A DNA stretch of 63,110 bases, filler included, from Salisapilia sapeloensis CBS 127946 (GCA_023334545.1; 13 parts of 13 records of this genome joined end to end with filler, not necessarily neighbours in it); one strand, 5' to 3'. Positions 24,630-36,585 are shown, numbered from the whole stretch's first letter. Made by a program: numbers and translations. The notes: generated from the sequence alone by a model not told the origin.

Positions 24630-25985
24630 TTAGGCAAAGACGCGGACCTTTCCGAAAGCAAACGTGTCTGGCATGTCGCCTGCTCGAGCAAGTGGCTCTA
24701 TCGCTGTCAAGTGCTGAGTAGCCACGCTCGCACGGCGATGCTTTCGCAGAAGCTTCGCTTGGTCCGACTTCGCATGAGGCTTTCGGGTTGGCAAGAGACT
24801 CACGGGCAGGTCAACGAAATGCTTTTGCCACAAGTGGTACATGGATAAGACGACTACGAGCGTAACGACGTTTAAAAAGACAGCCGCGGCCGTCTCCGAC
24901 GTCAATAGATAGGACCCGACGGCGCAAACGTTGGACCATAGATAACTTCTCATGGGGAAAGCTGGACTCGTGTCAGCCATCTCGTCTGAAAGCGAGTGCA
25001 GTACCCGACCAGAACCTCGTACGTGATAGACGCCGTCGATGCCATTGTCTACGTCTGCAACAATCGCCAAACTGAAGAGCGATGCGCCCACGGCGAAACT
25101 TGCGAGCGAAAAGCTGGAAATAGGAGATCTTGTGCCAGCCTCCTGAATCGAAGAGCTCTGCCACAGCGCCTGCTCCACGACTGTATCCTCTTTGGATTTA
25201 GGATCGATGCCCTGGAGATCCAACTCGCCGTCGCGGGTATCGATGGCCGACGGACTCCATGATTGCATCTTGGGGATCGCCGACGGTTCGACCGCAGAAC
25301 TCACGAAAGAGCGCAAAAACTCGTTCTGTTCTCGTAGTGCCTTGTTCTCTGCACGCAGAGCAGCAATCGTGCTATTCTGCTCGTGCTGCGTCCGCGTCAG
25401 ATCGGTCACTTGAGCCTGTAGATCGTCTAATCTGGCCTTACGTCGCTGGCGACTGCGGTTAGCACTTTCTCGGTTCTTCATCTGCCGTATTTCTCGCTTG
25501 GATCGCTTCGTGTCCCCCTGCTCGCTGCTGTGGTCGGAGCTTGAGTCGTCCGATAGCAGGCGCTTGTGCCCAACTGTGGGGCATGTGGCAATGTCAGAAA
25601 CTGGCAAGCGGGGAATGAAAGGCATGGGCTGCAGTGCCACTTGTCTAGGTGGTGCCGTCGCCTTGCTTGTCTTGTCCGCTGGTAGTCGGCTGATGGGAAT
25701 TTTGGTAACCGGCTCTACTTTCGACACAGTCGACTCACTATTTGCTGCAGATCCAATTGTCATCGACTCGGCACTAGGAGTTACATCGGATGGAGTGTGG
25801 GTGCTAGGCTGGTCTTCACTTGCAACTGTAGAGGTCCAGGAAGGCAGTGAGAGTGGCTCCGAGAACAGGTCCACGTCCGGGAGCAAAGGCTCCGAGTCGA
25901 ATCCTGCCAAGAGTGAGTCCAGAGAGTCCAACTCTATGGCTGGTACAACGCCTGACACCTCGTCGTTGCACTCTAGTTGACTCAT
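24630..25985 (-). CDS. Membrane-tethered bZIP transcription factor
   Basis: Basic region RQMKNRESANRSRQRRK plus heptad zipper, followed by two hydrophobic segments. Likely ATG at 25985 (MSQLECND); the track ORF extends upstream to 26333. Confidence 0.85.
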   Translation of the reverse strand: MSQLECNDEVSGVVPAIELDSLDSLLAGFDSEPLLPDVDLFSEPLSLPSWTSTVASEDQPSTHTPSDVTPSAESMTIGSAANSESTVSKVEPVTKIPISRLPADKTSKATAPPRQVALQPMPFIPRLPVSDIATCPTVGHKRLLSDDSSSDHSSEQGDTKRSKREIRQMKNRESANRSRQRRKARLDDLQAQVTDLTRTQHEQNSTIAALRAENKALREQNEFLRSFVSSAVEPSAIPKMQSWSPSAIDTRDGELDLQGIDPKSKEDTVVEQALWQSSSIQEAGTRSPISSFSLASFAVGASLFSLAIVADVDNGIDGVYHVRGSGRVLHSLSDEMADTSPAFPMRSYLWSNVCAVGSYLLTSETAAAVFLNVVTLVVVLSMYHLWQKHFVDLPVSLLPTRKPHAKSDQAKLLRKHRRASVATQHLTAIEPLARAGDMPDTFAFGKVRVFA

Positions 25986-26516
25986 GAATAAGCTTCGCCT
26001 TGCCTCGGTCGAGCGAAGAGAAAAAGTGCCTCCATGCCAGGTGCACGGTGCCAAGTGCTGTCGACGCGTGATTGGGTGGAATGAACCAATCGGGAGAAGA
26101 TCGGTTCCGTTTGTTAGAAACAATAATAGAAAACGTATGCCTGGTATGGTTTCGAACCGTGCAAGCATCACTCTCCAGGATGCAAGCAACTCGATTGAAA
26201 GCTTAGTCACGTTTTCATTTGAATCAACAATACTCGAGTAAGATTGAGATTGAGAAGACAACGCTATGGCATCGTGTTTGCAAGTTCTGGTAAAATTCCA
26301 AGCGGATGTGGATCGATATATTGGCATCTTCAAAGTGGGATCCTACTTTAGTGTCCAAGTTTCCGCTTTTCTGCGAAATCCCGTGTTGTGCTGGTCAGAG
26401 CACTTAATTCCACGCTTTGAGAGAGTTGGCTATAATTATAAAGCATACGCACAAATTAGAGTTGGACCGATGACACTTGGAAGGACTTCAAGACACAATT
26501 GTTTTATTTCTTGGAA

Positions 26517-28196
26517 TCAGGAGCATCCATTGCCTCCAGCTATTGTCAGACACGACGTAGACGTCGAAAAACTCATTACATTTGTCATGGTGGACCAGAT
26601 GAATGCAAACAAGAGGTATACAATGGTAGCGATACCGACGATTTTGCTACTACCTCCGTTCCGTTTCAGCTCCTGTGTCTCGGCCTTTTGCCTCGGCAAA
26701 AGCAGCACAAATGCAACGGAGCAAAGCTTGAATGCATAGGCGATGATATACGCATATGTGGCTTGTGTTTTTGCATGATTATCGTCCACCTGGAGGTATT
26801 CCGTTCCGATGTCGAAATGCGCGTCGACATTCTTCGTCAGGACAGTCGAGAAAGGGGAAGCAAGTGTCGAGACGGTCGAAATAAGCCCGTAGACAGCAGC
26901 CTCATTGTTGTCCTGGATGATTTCAATGACACAGAACGTAGTAACCACGTAGCCAACACTGTAGGGCAGATTCTCTAGCAACGGCACACCGAGCCAAAAC
27001 CATTGGCTTCTGTGGACATCCCAGATCGTTAACATCGTCGGAATCGAATCGATTGCCACAACAGCCAGCTGCGTTGCACCGATCATGATGCGCCAGTCCC
27101 AATTCAGCCCATATTTCTTGGTCAGCCACCAGCCGAGTGACGATAGGAGATAGCCTAGAATCGTTGCAATGCTATTGTTGATAGGCTCCACTTTTGCCCA
27201 CGTGCTCTGGATGGGCAGCGCCGCAGTGACCGTGAAATTTGAAAATACGTTGCGGAAGAATCGGAAGGCAATGATCTGGTACACAACTCGTTGCTGGATC
27301 AAGTTGTAAATGCTCTTGATCAATGCCGAAGCAGACTGCGGTTCAGTCACTTCCTCCGTTGCACAGAACCACGAGACGGGGATGATCAACAGGGAGAAGA
27401 AGGCGCACACTCCCATGATGCCATTCATTCCTATCGAAGACGAAAAAGAACCCCCATAGTCAGCATCATTCAGTCCGAAGCCGATCATCGCTGCCGACAG
27501 ACATTGGAACAGATCCTGGGAAATGCAAATCATTGTTTGTGTCGTACCTCGGACATTCTCGGGTTCCCGCTGGGCGTAGGCGACAAGAATGCCATCGGAA
27601 GCAGTCAGAGCCAAGACAATACCGAAATTGGCCAGTGTCAGCAGCGAGATATAGAGGGTACCCGAGGAAGGTGCATCCGTATTTATCGATGCCACTTGGT
27701 CTTCCGTCAAGTTTCCAGGGGGAATGTAAGCGAGTGCTGGATCCGGATAGTACGGATCACCTATCGGCATACATGCCATGATGAGACACGAGACGAAACA
27801 AACGAACCAGCCGATGACCATATACGGTCGGCGGCGGTAACCCCAAATGGGAAAGCAATCGCTGATGATACCAAAGAACATTTTCCACGTCCACGGCAGC
27901 GCTAGTAGAGCGCTTGCAGAAGCAGTCTTCACGCCAGACATGCGTAAATAATTGTTCAGAAAAGGGTAAATAACCGCCCAGAGACTTCCGTAGACCACGC
28001 CGACGGCAGCATACTGTGCCAAGAGACCGATATTCTTGATGCTGTAGAGGTTAGGAGCTCCTCCAGGTCGCAAAGCTCCACCACTTTCAACATTGTCACG
28101 ACCGTCAGGGGTTTTTACTTCCTTGTAGGCGTTGACAGTATCGACATTGTCCTTGCTGGCAGTTGAGAGTCGATCCACTACTGTAGCTTGGTCCAT
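26517..28196 (-). CDS. BT1/folate-biopterin transporter family MFS protein
   Basis: 559 aa, ~12 hydrophobic segments. Motifs GGALRPGGAPNL, WTWKMFFGIISDCFPIWGYRRRPYM and AQREPENVRGTTQT are typical of the expanded oomycete BT1 family. Confidence 0.85.
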   Translation of the reverse strand: MDQATVVDRLSTASKDNVDTVNAYKEVKTPDGRDNVESGGALRPGGAPNLYSIKNIGLLAQYAAVGVVYGSLWAVIYPFLNNYLRMSGVKTASASALLALPWTWKMFFGIISDCFPIWGYRRRPYMVIGWFVCFVSCLIMACMPIGDPYYPDPALAYIPPGNLTEDQVASINTDAPSSGTLYISLLTLANFGIVLALTASDGILVAYAQREPENVRGTTQTMICISQDLFQCLSAAMIGFGLNDADYGGSFSSSIGMNGIMGVCAFFSLLIIPVSWFCATEEVTEPQSASALIKSIYNLIQQRVVYQIIAFRFFRNVFSNFTVTAALPIQSTWAKVEPINNSIATILGYLLSSLGWWLTKKYGLNWDWRIMIGATQLAVVAIDSIPTMLTIWDVHRSQWFWLGVPLLENLPYSVGYVVTTFCVIEIIQDNNEAAVYGLISTVSTLASPFSTVLTKNVDAHFDIGTEYLQVDDNHAKTQATYAYIIAYAFKLCSVAFVLLLPRQKAETQELKRNGGSSKIVGIATIVYLLFAFIWSTMTNVMSFSTSTSCLTIAGGNGCS

Positions 28197-28622
28197 TGTA
28201 CTCAGATTCGCTAGTGACCACGTTGACGCATGAGGGATTGATCAAAGTCTTGAAGATTGAAGGCGCGTGCCTCTGGCCCTTTCGCACCACTCATTGGGCT
28301 GCTTTGACGTCCGAAGCAGTCACGAGGGATCCACATGCGTATCCCCTCACCGCCTCGATTGGACAAGAGTCGACAGTCCAGATACTCATAGCTATTCTGG
28401 AGTATTTCATCGATATAATTCATTCTAGACGCAGCTAATAACATGAATATCCCTGGTAAACTAAGGAAGTTCATCAGAGCAAATATAGAAGCATTCAAAC
28501 GGCCTTAAGGTGAACATAAAGAATCGATTAAAATCTGCAATGGACAGCCGTTATGTAAATCTGGCCCGAATGCGAGCTATAAACAGGCCAACATGAACTT
28601 AACGCATCTGCGTGTGCCAATG

Positions 28623-29455
28623 CTGTGACTGCACACGCATGGCAATCTCGGACAACAATTGAGCCTTCCAATACTCGATGTATCTTGAACGGTCGTAGAT
28701 ATACTTTGATCCTTTTAAAGGTGAAGGAACGACTTGTAGACACTCTAGACCAGCCCACTAGACACGTTCGAGCATGCTCTATCCATAGGTGCCAAAATTG
28801 GAATTTCGAAAAAGAAAGTTTGGTCGTCGACTCGCGCTCGCTACCTTGGGTTTTGCGCTCGAGGATGTTTGTTGGCGACTTGGCTCTTCCGAGGCATACA
28901 AAAAGCTAGCCACTCAAACCAACAACGCCGACTGTAGGGAAAGTGTTGCGAATTCTGGACTCACTAGCTTTTTGTATGACCTCGAAAGTCGCGGATCGAG
29001 CGAACACCGGAGCATGCGGGCAACGAAGTAGCGATCTCGAGTTGACCACCAAAACCTTGAATTTTTCGAATTTCGAATTTTGACATGGATAGATAGAGCG
29101 CACTCCAAAGCGTATCGTGGGATGGTCCAGGAGCTCTACATGTCATCCCTTGCCTCATGAGAGCTCGCTGAAAACCCCATTCGTCCTTTCGAGTATCTCC
29201 ACTTAAAGTTTGTAGGAACACATCTCAAGCTAGAAAGCGAAAGGCCAGAGGATGGAATCTGGATGCTCACGAGTAGATTGAAGAGCAAGTGAGTACGTCT
29301 ACTATGCTTTCAACACCCACAGAGAAATATACAAGAGTTATTTTGTGATATGTACTTGTTGACGACTCGAGATCGGTCTCGCAATGTCCTCTTCGTCTCG
29401 AAGGAAGCCATGTTGGACCGCCAGATCTTCGCATATGGTGATATTCATATCGCCC
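28623..29455. repeat. Dispersed repeat, copy 1 (long internal degenerate palindrome; empty-site version)
   Basis: Colinear similarity to 58343-59287 (e.g. gaaggaacgacttgtagacactctag..cagcccactagacac; gacatggatagatagagcgcactccaaag). Left and right arms are reverse complements of each other around ~28938. Confidence 0.9.
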
Positions 29456-31368
29456 ACGCAACGTGAAAATGCGCTTAAGGTTTCTAGTTCATGTATTGGA
29501 CTCAGTTCAACTACAATTTCGACAGTGATGACCGTTCAGCAATGCTTCCGTCCTCGCAGATACCCGTTCCAGCTTCTATTTCGTCGTGGAATCCAAGATG
29601 ACCCAGCATTACGTCTTAAGCTCGTATAAGACATCGAGCTGCTTTGCAATTACTCGACCAGCTCTCTACAAGCACATAACGCGTCAATTGCGAAGACGCC
29701 ATTTAAAGACATTTCTATATGCACCACAGTATCGATTGTAGGGCTGCTCCAGAATATGTTTTCGTTTATTTCTCTCAAGAAAACTATTAATAAACTTTTA
29801 CATTCATGGACGGATCTCCGGACTCACATCTTAAATAGGCCTTACTTCAAACATGGAACAAAAGATCGATACCAAAATTACTTATGCATCAACGCATGAC
29901 TCGTCAGACAACCATTGCGATCCGTCCTTGCAACGGCTAGATACTATGAAACGCATTGAAATACCACTTCATCGCGTAAAGTCTGTAACAGTCGCCGCAC
30001 AGGATCGCGTGTAGTGTGTCTACTGCCGTTGTTTGGTCATAAAGCTGAAACAGCTATCCCGCTTCCAATACTTCAACTTCAAAGAATGGTAACACTTGGT
30101 AGTGAACAAATCGAATGCATTTTGTACGAAATGAATCACAAAGATACCGAAACTAGCTTTCTATACTCTAGCGAGCCATGAAATTCACGGTGCAGTACTG
30201 GGCTTTGAGGCAATAGCGAAAGTCATTCGCGAATATATCTTCAAATATTTACTCTGTGCTAAACAGTGTCACCCACTTCAACTGTCAATCGTAGTGCAGA
30301 TCAATGAAAACTTTGGTCACTTTACCAAACAAGTACATACGTGCGTAAACGCCCATCAATAGCGCTGGGCTTGTGAGTTAGTGACACTTTCATGTTCATC
30401 TGATCTGTATCATAGTATCCATGTGCTGCTTTCGTAGGATCCGTGAAGTATACTACTGTCTCCTTCCTCACGAGTGACAAGTTCGGAAATAGCACAGTCC
30501 CATGCATCTACTCATATACTACACCAAGATGCAGATACTGGCTCAACGGAGAAAGTAGACACTTGATATGATAGCAGTAGGAATGCGCCGAAAGCAGCGC
30601 AGGTATATGATAATAGAGGCATTTCGTGAATAGAGCAGGAAATGTTTTCACGCAGTGGGCAACGTAGGAATTACTGGGCAAAAGGTACACGCAGCAGGCC
30701 GTCGCATAGGATGATAGAGGCCGATAAATACAGTGCGCAGTGCACGTATACACAATCGATAGTCTCAGCAAAAGTTGAACGAGAGCAAAGCAGCCAATAT
30801 AGTACATGTAGTGTTATTGGTACAACAAGAGCGAATTCTTTTGGTGTAATGCCGAACGGGTCCCAGTTCAAATTACAACGTCGTAGACATTTGACGCCAT
30901 CACCCTGAAGTTTCTCCCGAGACAGAACTTGTCGTGAGTTCACTGTGAGTTACGGAAGTCCACTATCCGCGCGACAAGCAACCTTCATCTTCAATAAGCG
31001 ACATTTGTATCCTCTCGCCTACCAAGTACATCGGACTAGGCCGATTCCGTTCGTTAATTGAACGCGACTGGCGGACTGCCGCTGCCGTTCTCAGAATTGA
31101 CCGTCGGACAGTCGGAGGATGTGCCGTCGTAGACGACGGATGTCCATGTAGTAGTGAGTTACAAATATGGGACGATTAGGTAACACTTCCAACACAACGC
31201 GGCCGACTAGATCTGGAAAGGCTCGATGGGGCGACGCCACAGTGGCCGCAGCCATATTCGTACAGATCGCACGCGTCGAGCGACACTTCCTCCTCCCGCG
31301 AGCAACGAGTCGGAAAATCCTACTAAGCTCATTTACAACAAAGCATTCATTTAAGTAAGAGCGGAGGC

Positions 31369-34341
31369 ATGGCGAACAGCAATGAGGAATGGGTCGACGT
31401 GCAGAAAAGCACCTTCACTCGAGTGAGTATCTTGTTCTCCAGCCCACCAATATGATACCTCTTGAGGGCACCTTTTGAGATAGCAGCGAGCTAACGAATG
31501 CACTACTAGTGGGCCAACACATACCTTTCGCGCAAGCGCATGTCCATTGACGACCTCTATGAGGACCTCAAGGACGGCATCCGGCTCATCGCCCTGCTGC
31601 AGATCATCTGCCGAGAAAAAGTAGCAAAAGTACGACTATCGACTTTGCCACGTCCGCACTTGCCTCGTCATCGATCTAACTTGTTGTCGGAATAGAAATA
31701 CACCAAGAAGCCGAGGATGCGTATCCAGAAGATGGAGAATCTAAACATGGCCTTTGCGTTCCTCCAGAACAAGGGAGTCAATCTAACCAACATTGGCTCC
31801 TCGGACATTATTGACGGCAATAACAAACTAGTCCTTGGACTCGTATGGACGCTCATCAAGGCTTTCCAGGTCGCTGAAGTCGACGTTGAAGGCGTTTCAG
31901 GCAAAGACGGCCTCTTGCTCTGGTGCAAGCGTGCCGTCGCCGACTATCCGAATGTCGATGTCAACAACTTTTCCAACTCGTGGTCGGACGGTCTGGCCTT
32001 TTGCGCACTCATCCACCACTTTTACCCAGCACTCATCGACTACGAGCAGGTACTGACTTCTTTCCACCCAAGTGTTACCCATCCGTCATTCTAACCTCTA
32101 CTCTCTCGACAGCTGAGCCCAGCGAACGCAGAGTCGAACGTCAAGCTTGCATTCGACGTGGCGCAGTCTAAATTCAAGATCCCACAGCTTTTGAACGTAT
32201 CAGACGTCGCTGGAAAGGCCAAACCGGATGAAAAGTCCATCATGACGTACGTCAGTATGCTCCACAAGGAGTTCGCTTCTGGCGTTCAGAAGAAAAAGGC
32301 CATGACGACATTGTCCAAGGCAGTGAACATTGCTCAGCGCCACCAAGACATGTCTGCGCAGTACAACTCGCTGGCTACTGGCTTGCTCGAGTGGATGACG
32401 CAGCAAAAGGAGCGCTTCCAGACGCTTTCCCAGCCTCGAGCCATTCCACACATCAAGCAGGCGCTTGCGGAGCACATCGAGTACAAGCGCAACGACAAAC
32501 CTCCCCGTGAGGCAGAGTTTGTGGCGATGGAAGGGTGTGCCGGACGCTGGGAGGCGAGTTGCAAGAACAATGACCGTGCGCCGCCGCACTTTGAGCCTCC
32601 TCTCGAGCAGATGCTGAAGCTCAAGGATGAGTTGGAAGAGTTGGAGACGCAATATGAAGTCAAGCTGCGTCAGAACCTCGAGAGTTTCCAAAAGACAGAC
32701 ATGTTCCTGAGCAACGTCTTGAAAGAGTTGGAAAAGCTTGAAGCCTGGTCTCGCGAAAAGGACGCGACGTTGCTTGACGTGACGGATGAAAGCACGCCGA
32801 AGACGACGACCGCTGCCGAAGAAGCGTTGGAGAACGTATCGTTCGTGCGCCAAGTGGAAGTGCCGCGATACAAGCAGCTCTTTGCGTACGTCACGGAGCA
32901 GGCAGAGGGTCTTTCGGAAGAGCATTCGGAGACGAGCTCAACGCTCGAACGCGTGAAGAGCATGGAAACCTTCTTGTCGAGTGTCGACGACCGTCTGGAC
33001 GCCGCGAAGGAACGATTGGAAAGCGCCGTGGCACAGCAAAAGGAGCTGGATGCCATCGCGAAAGACTGCAAGGTGCTCCTACGCAGTATAAAGTACGCCA
33101 TCGTGGAGGTGGAAGAGGAGGTCGAAGCTGCCACGAACGTTCAAGTGACGTCTTCGGAGGAAGTGGTGGCTGGTAAAAAGCACTTCGACGAGGTCCTCGT
33201 GCCGAAAGTCCAAGAGTCCATCGTTCGGGACAATGAAAACTTGCTAGAGAAGAAAGTGGCGCTGGAGCAGGGTGGGAGACTGGACGACACGGCACTCATT
33301 GACAAGACGAACGACCGTGTCGAACAGCTCATGGAGTTGCTCAACACCAAGCGCGACTACTTTGAGCAGGAGCTAGCGAACGTCGAGCGTCGAGACGCCA
33401 AGTGCCGGGAGTTTGCCGACCTCGCTATCAAGCTTCGCGAGCGATGCGAGGAGAGCAAGCAGGCGATCAACAAGGTGGAAGGGTCGCTCGGACAGCAATA
33501 CACGTCGATGGTCAAGCTTCGGAAGCGTCTCTTCCGATCAAACTCGGCGGTTAATCTGAGCATCTTGAGAGAAGTGGCCAAGGAAGAGGAGCTGGCGGAA
33601 GCCGAGGAAGAGCTGAACGATGCAAACGCAGACGTGGTGGTCGATGAAGACGCAGAAGAGGTCGAGTCAGATGAGTCTGCCGACGAAAAGGACGGCGCGG
33701 AGGAGAAGAAGGACGTGTTGGAAGCGACGCTCGCGACGTTGACTAAGGAGATGGACAATCTCGAACAAGTGAATGAAGAGCTCGAGGCGCTCAAGGTGTA
33801 CACGAATCCGTTCACGACCGACACGATCCAAGCTTTACGCGCGCAGTACGAGTCACTGAACACAGCGGTGCGTGAAAAGGTGAAAAGTTTGGAGAAAGAG
33901 GTGGCGCTAAGCCACTTGGGCGACCTGACGTCAGCACAGACGCGCGAGATCAAGGAAGTGTTTGAGCACTTTGACTTGGATAAGGACGGCATGCTGGCTC
34001 GTGATGAGTTCATTATGGCCTGCAGAGGTCTCGGCTTCAGTCTGAACGAAGACGAGTGTCACGACAAGTTCGACGAGATCGATAGTGAGGAAAAGGATGA
34101 GATTTCGTTTGAGCAGTTCTCCAACTTCTGTGCGGAGCAGCTGCAGAGTGGGTCTTCGGAAGGAGATGTGCGTACGGCAATCGACGTCCTATCGAGAGAT
34201 GACATGAAGGTGAGCGAGTTGGAGGAGCATCTCGAGCCTGCCATTGCCGAGTTCATTCTCGCTAACAAGGATAAGATTGTGGCGGAGGATGGCGAAACGA
34301 TTGACGAGACGAAATTCACACAGCTTATTTTCAGTCAATAG
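31369..34341 (+). CDS. ACTN: Alpha-actinin (two CH domains, spectrin-like rod, EF-hands)
   Basis: VQKSTFTR-WAN, DLYEDLKDGIRL, IGSSDIIDGNNKLVLGLVWTLI, NFSNSWSDGLAFCALIH, PDEKSIMTYV, C-terminal EF-hand FDLDKDGML; three short introns. Confidence 0.92.
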
Positions 34342-34416
34342 ACGAGAGGTCCTAGACCGACTGGAACATGACGGGAGCGTTCAAATTTATTTCTATTCCA
34401 TTCTCGTTTGTGTGCT

Positions 34417-36585
34417 TTACAGAGGTTCATAGACATAGGACACGACACCCGGCGCATCATCCTCATTCTCGTCGGACTTGGATTCCTTCCCTGTGTAGAC
34501 AGGACCTCGGCGCAAACCAGCGAGGTAGGTGACGACTTTGGGAGGATTCGTGCCGCTTTCTCTCGTTGTCTGACTCGTGTTGTTGCGTGTAGGAAAGACT
34601 TGCGTATCGGCATGACAGCGAAAGTTACTTAAGACCGTTTGAGATGACACCGTCCGGCACTTTTGCAAGTTGGCAATCTGCAGGGCGCGACGACGTAGGT
34701 TCCATTCGTTCCATTCGTATGAATGATCAATGTGCTTCTCCTGAAAGTGAGTCGGTGTACTCGTGCTCGCGTCGACTTTCTTTGCCGGAGGCTGAGCAAG
34801 CAAAGGATGCACACCATTACGTTGGTCTTTAGCTGCGGAAGCTTGGAACTGTGGACACAGTTTGAGTAATTCAGACAAATTCATCTCTGGAAAGTGTTCT
34901 TGTAGACGTAACAGATATATGAGAGCTGGTTGGCGCTGAGCCAGCTGCAACACGGACATCACGTACTGCTGCGGGTGGAGCATAAATTCCTGTAGAGCTC
35001 GTTCATTCACGAAGACGTAGTAGGCATTGGCGTACTGAACGACACCAAGGGATGGGTCTCCCGGAAGAAGGAGCCCGCCACGTTCTACGATCGTCCAAGG
35101 GCAAAAGCCCTGGTATTCTAGAGGGAGCTGCATAAATTCTGGGGTCGAGTCCACAGGCATGCGGATTGGAAACCCAGTAGTACTGTCTGTGCCTGTTCCG
35201 CTGTTGCTGTCTTGTGGAGACATCGGCGCGATGTCGTTTTGTTGGTGAGAGCCATTAGCATCTCCATCGACGTCAAATGTCCTACGTACACGAAAAGAGA
35301 GCGGCCCGGCCGTTGCATGGGTAGACGAGGAAGTTTCCGACGGCGAGTCTTCCGTAACGAAGGATTCTGTCTTCTCGAATAGCTCATCTGTCGGTATCGT
35401 CGCGCTCTGTTTGGCTTCGACCAGAAAGTCGCTATATGAGTCAATGGATCGATCGAATGAATCCTTGTACTTCAGCAATGTCTTGAGGGACCTCGATCGC
35501 GCTAAGAGCAGTGCATACTCCTGTTGAAGCTGATACCATGACTGTGCTACGGCTTCAAACAAAGGGTAGACATGTGATTTTGGCAGCGATGTACGCGAGC
35601 CAACAAGACTCTTCAGCGTCTCCAAATCGCTACGGAAAGTGGTGGATACAGAAGCAGCACGATCGCGAGAGAAAGCAATATCTTCGTCCAAACTTTGCAA
35701 ATAAGACAAGAACTGACGTCGGTTTCCAATCTCTTCCTGCCATCTCTGCATCACATCATACTCTGTAAGCGTCCGATCATCTTTCGCTGCCGACGTTTGT
35801 TCCTCTGGAAATCCATGATGGTGACCATGGAGTAGTGCTTCAGTGTACTGGGTGCACGCTTCATTTGCTTCCTTGAGCTCCTCTTGGACGGCATCAACCA
35901 AATTACTCATAGAGCTCTCGATGGAGTCCACCGTTGCATTGATGCCAGCCCCTCCTTTGCCTAGCTCTTTGTTGAAAAGTCGGATACCCAAGACGATGCG
36001 ACGCAGCTCTTGTAGTTGAGCTCGTTTGTCTTCTGAACTCATGGTAACAAACGACTTTAGTCCAATGCGAGGAAACACACTCTCTAATGCAGACGCAACT
36101 TCTTTCTCAATCTTCCTCGTTTCAGCTGCGTCTTCCTTGTAAGGAGCGAACGGGGACTTGTCACGCACATCAATAAGCAGCATCGAAAAAATGTCCCGAT
36201 AGAGTGTTGAGAAAGATTCAAAGTCACTTGCCCGTTCCGGAACGAGAGAAATGATGTTTCGTTCCAATTTGGCAATCCTTGTCTCTCGTTCTTCTTGTTC
36301 ACGACGCAGTATCTCCTCTCCACTAGCGTAGGCTAGGTCAAAAGCTAGCTGCATCTTAATCGTTTCCAATGACGGATCTCGTACGCGCAGTAGAACGCGT
36401 TCACATTGCTGAACGAGGTAGCGTTCATCCTCAGGTTCCATCGACTTGTCGAGTGCCAAGCGTGGAGCACAAGCCCGAACGATCATTCGAGCAGTGAACG
36501 CAGCTAGCGTCTCGGACACCTCGACGCCGTTATAGCGACATCGTGCCACTATATCTGCAATCAGGCTCTGTGCGTGGGAAGACAT
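34417..36585 (-). CDS. CFAP206: Cilia- and flagella-associated protein 206
   Basis: VSETLAAF N-terminus, LPLEYQGFCPW..GLLLPG, YEWNEWNLRRRALQIANL and SQTVLSNFR motifs; single exon; likely ATG at 36585. Confidence 0.88.
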   Translation of the reverse strand: MSSHAQSLIADIVARCRYNGVEVSETLAAFTARMIVRACAPRLALDKSMEPEDERYLVQQCERVLLRVRDPSLETIKMQLAFDLAYASGEEILRREQEERETRIAKLERNIISLVPERASDFESFSTLYRDIFSMLLIDVRDKSPFAPYKEDAAETRKIEKEVASALESVFPRIGLKSFVTMSSEDKRAQLQELRRIVLGIRLFNKELGKGGAGINATVDSIESSMSNLVDAVQEELKEANEACTQYTEALLHGHHHGFPEEQTSAAKDDRTLTEYDVMQRWQEEIGNRRQFLSYLQSLDEDIAFSRDRAASVSTTFRSDLETLKSLVGSRTSLPKSHVYPLFEAVAQSWYQLQQEYALLLARSRSLKTLLKYKDSFDRSIDSYSDFLVEAKQSATIPTDELFEKTESFVTEDSPSETSSSTHATAGPLSFRVRRTFDVDGDANGSHQQNDIAPMSPQDSNSGTGTDSTTGFPIRMPVDSTPEFMQLPLEYQGFCPWTIVERGGLLLPGDPSLGVVQYANAYYVFVNERALQEFMLHPQQYVMSVLQLAQRQPALIYLLRLQEHFPEMNLSELLKLCPQFQASAAKDQRNGVHPLLAQPPAKKVDASTSTPTHFQEKHIDHSYEWNEWNLRRRALQIANLQKCRTVSSQTVLSNFRCHADTQVFPTRNNTSQTTRESGTNPPKVVTYLAGLRRGPVYTGKESKSDENEDDAPGVVSYVYEPL

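Noticed and set aside
28625-29221. Short ORFs within the palindromic repeat (also 58300-58782)
   Set aside because: Frames are not conserved between the two copies and no family motif is seen. A few synonymous-looking changes at ~29370-29430 versus ~59190-59250 hint at an old coding relic but are insufficient.
30298-30943. Minus-strand short ORFs (LNWDPFGITPK...) resembling an LTR integrase tail
   Set aside because: Similarity rests on a few residues and no continuous frame exists.
31126-31141. Perfect hairpin CCGTCGT-AG-ACGACGG as a Helitron 3' end
   Set aside because: No CTRR terminus at the expected distance and no second copy in the window.
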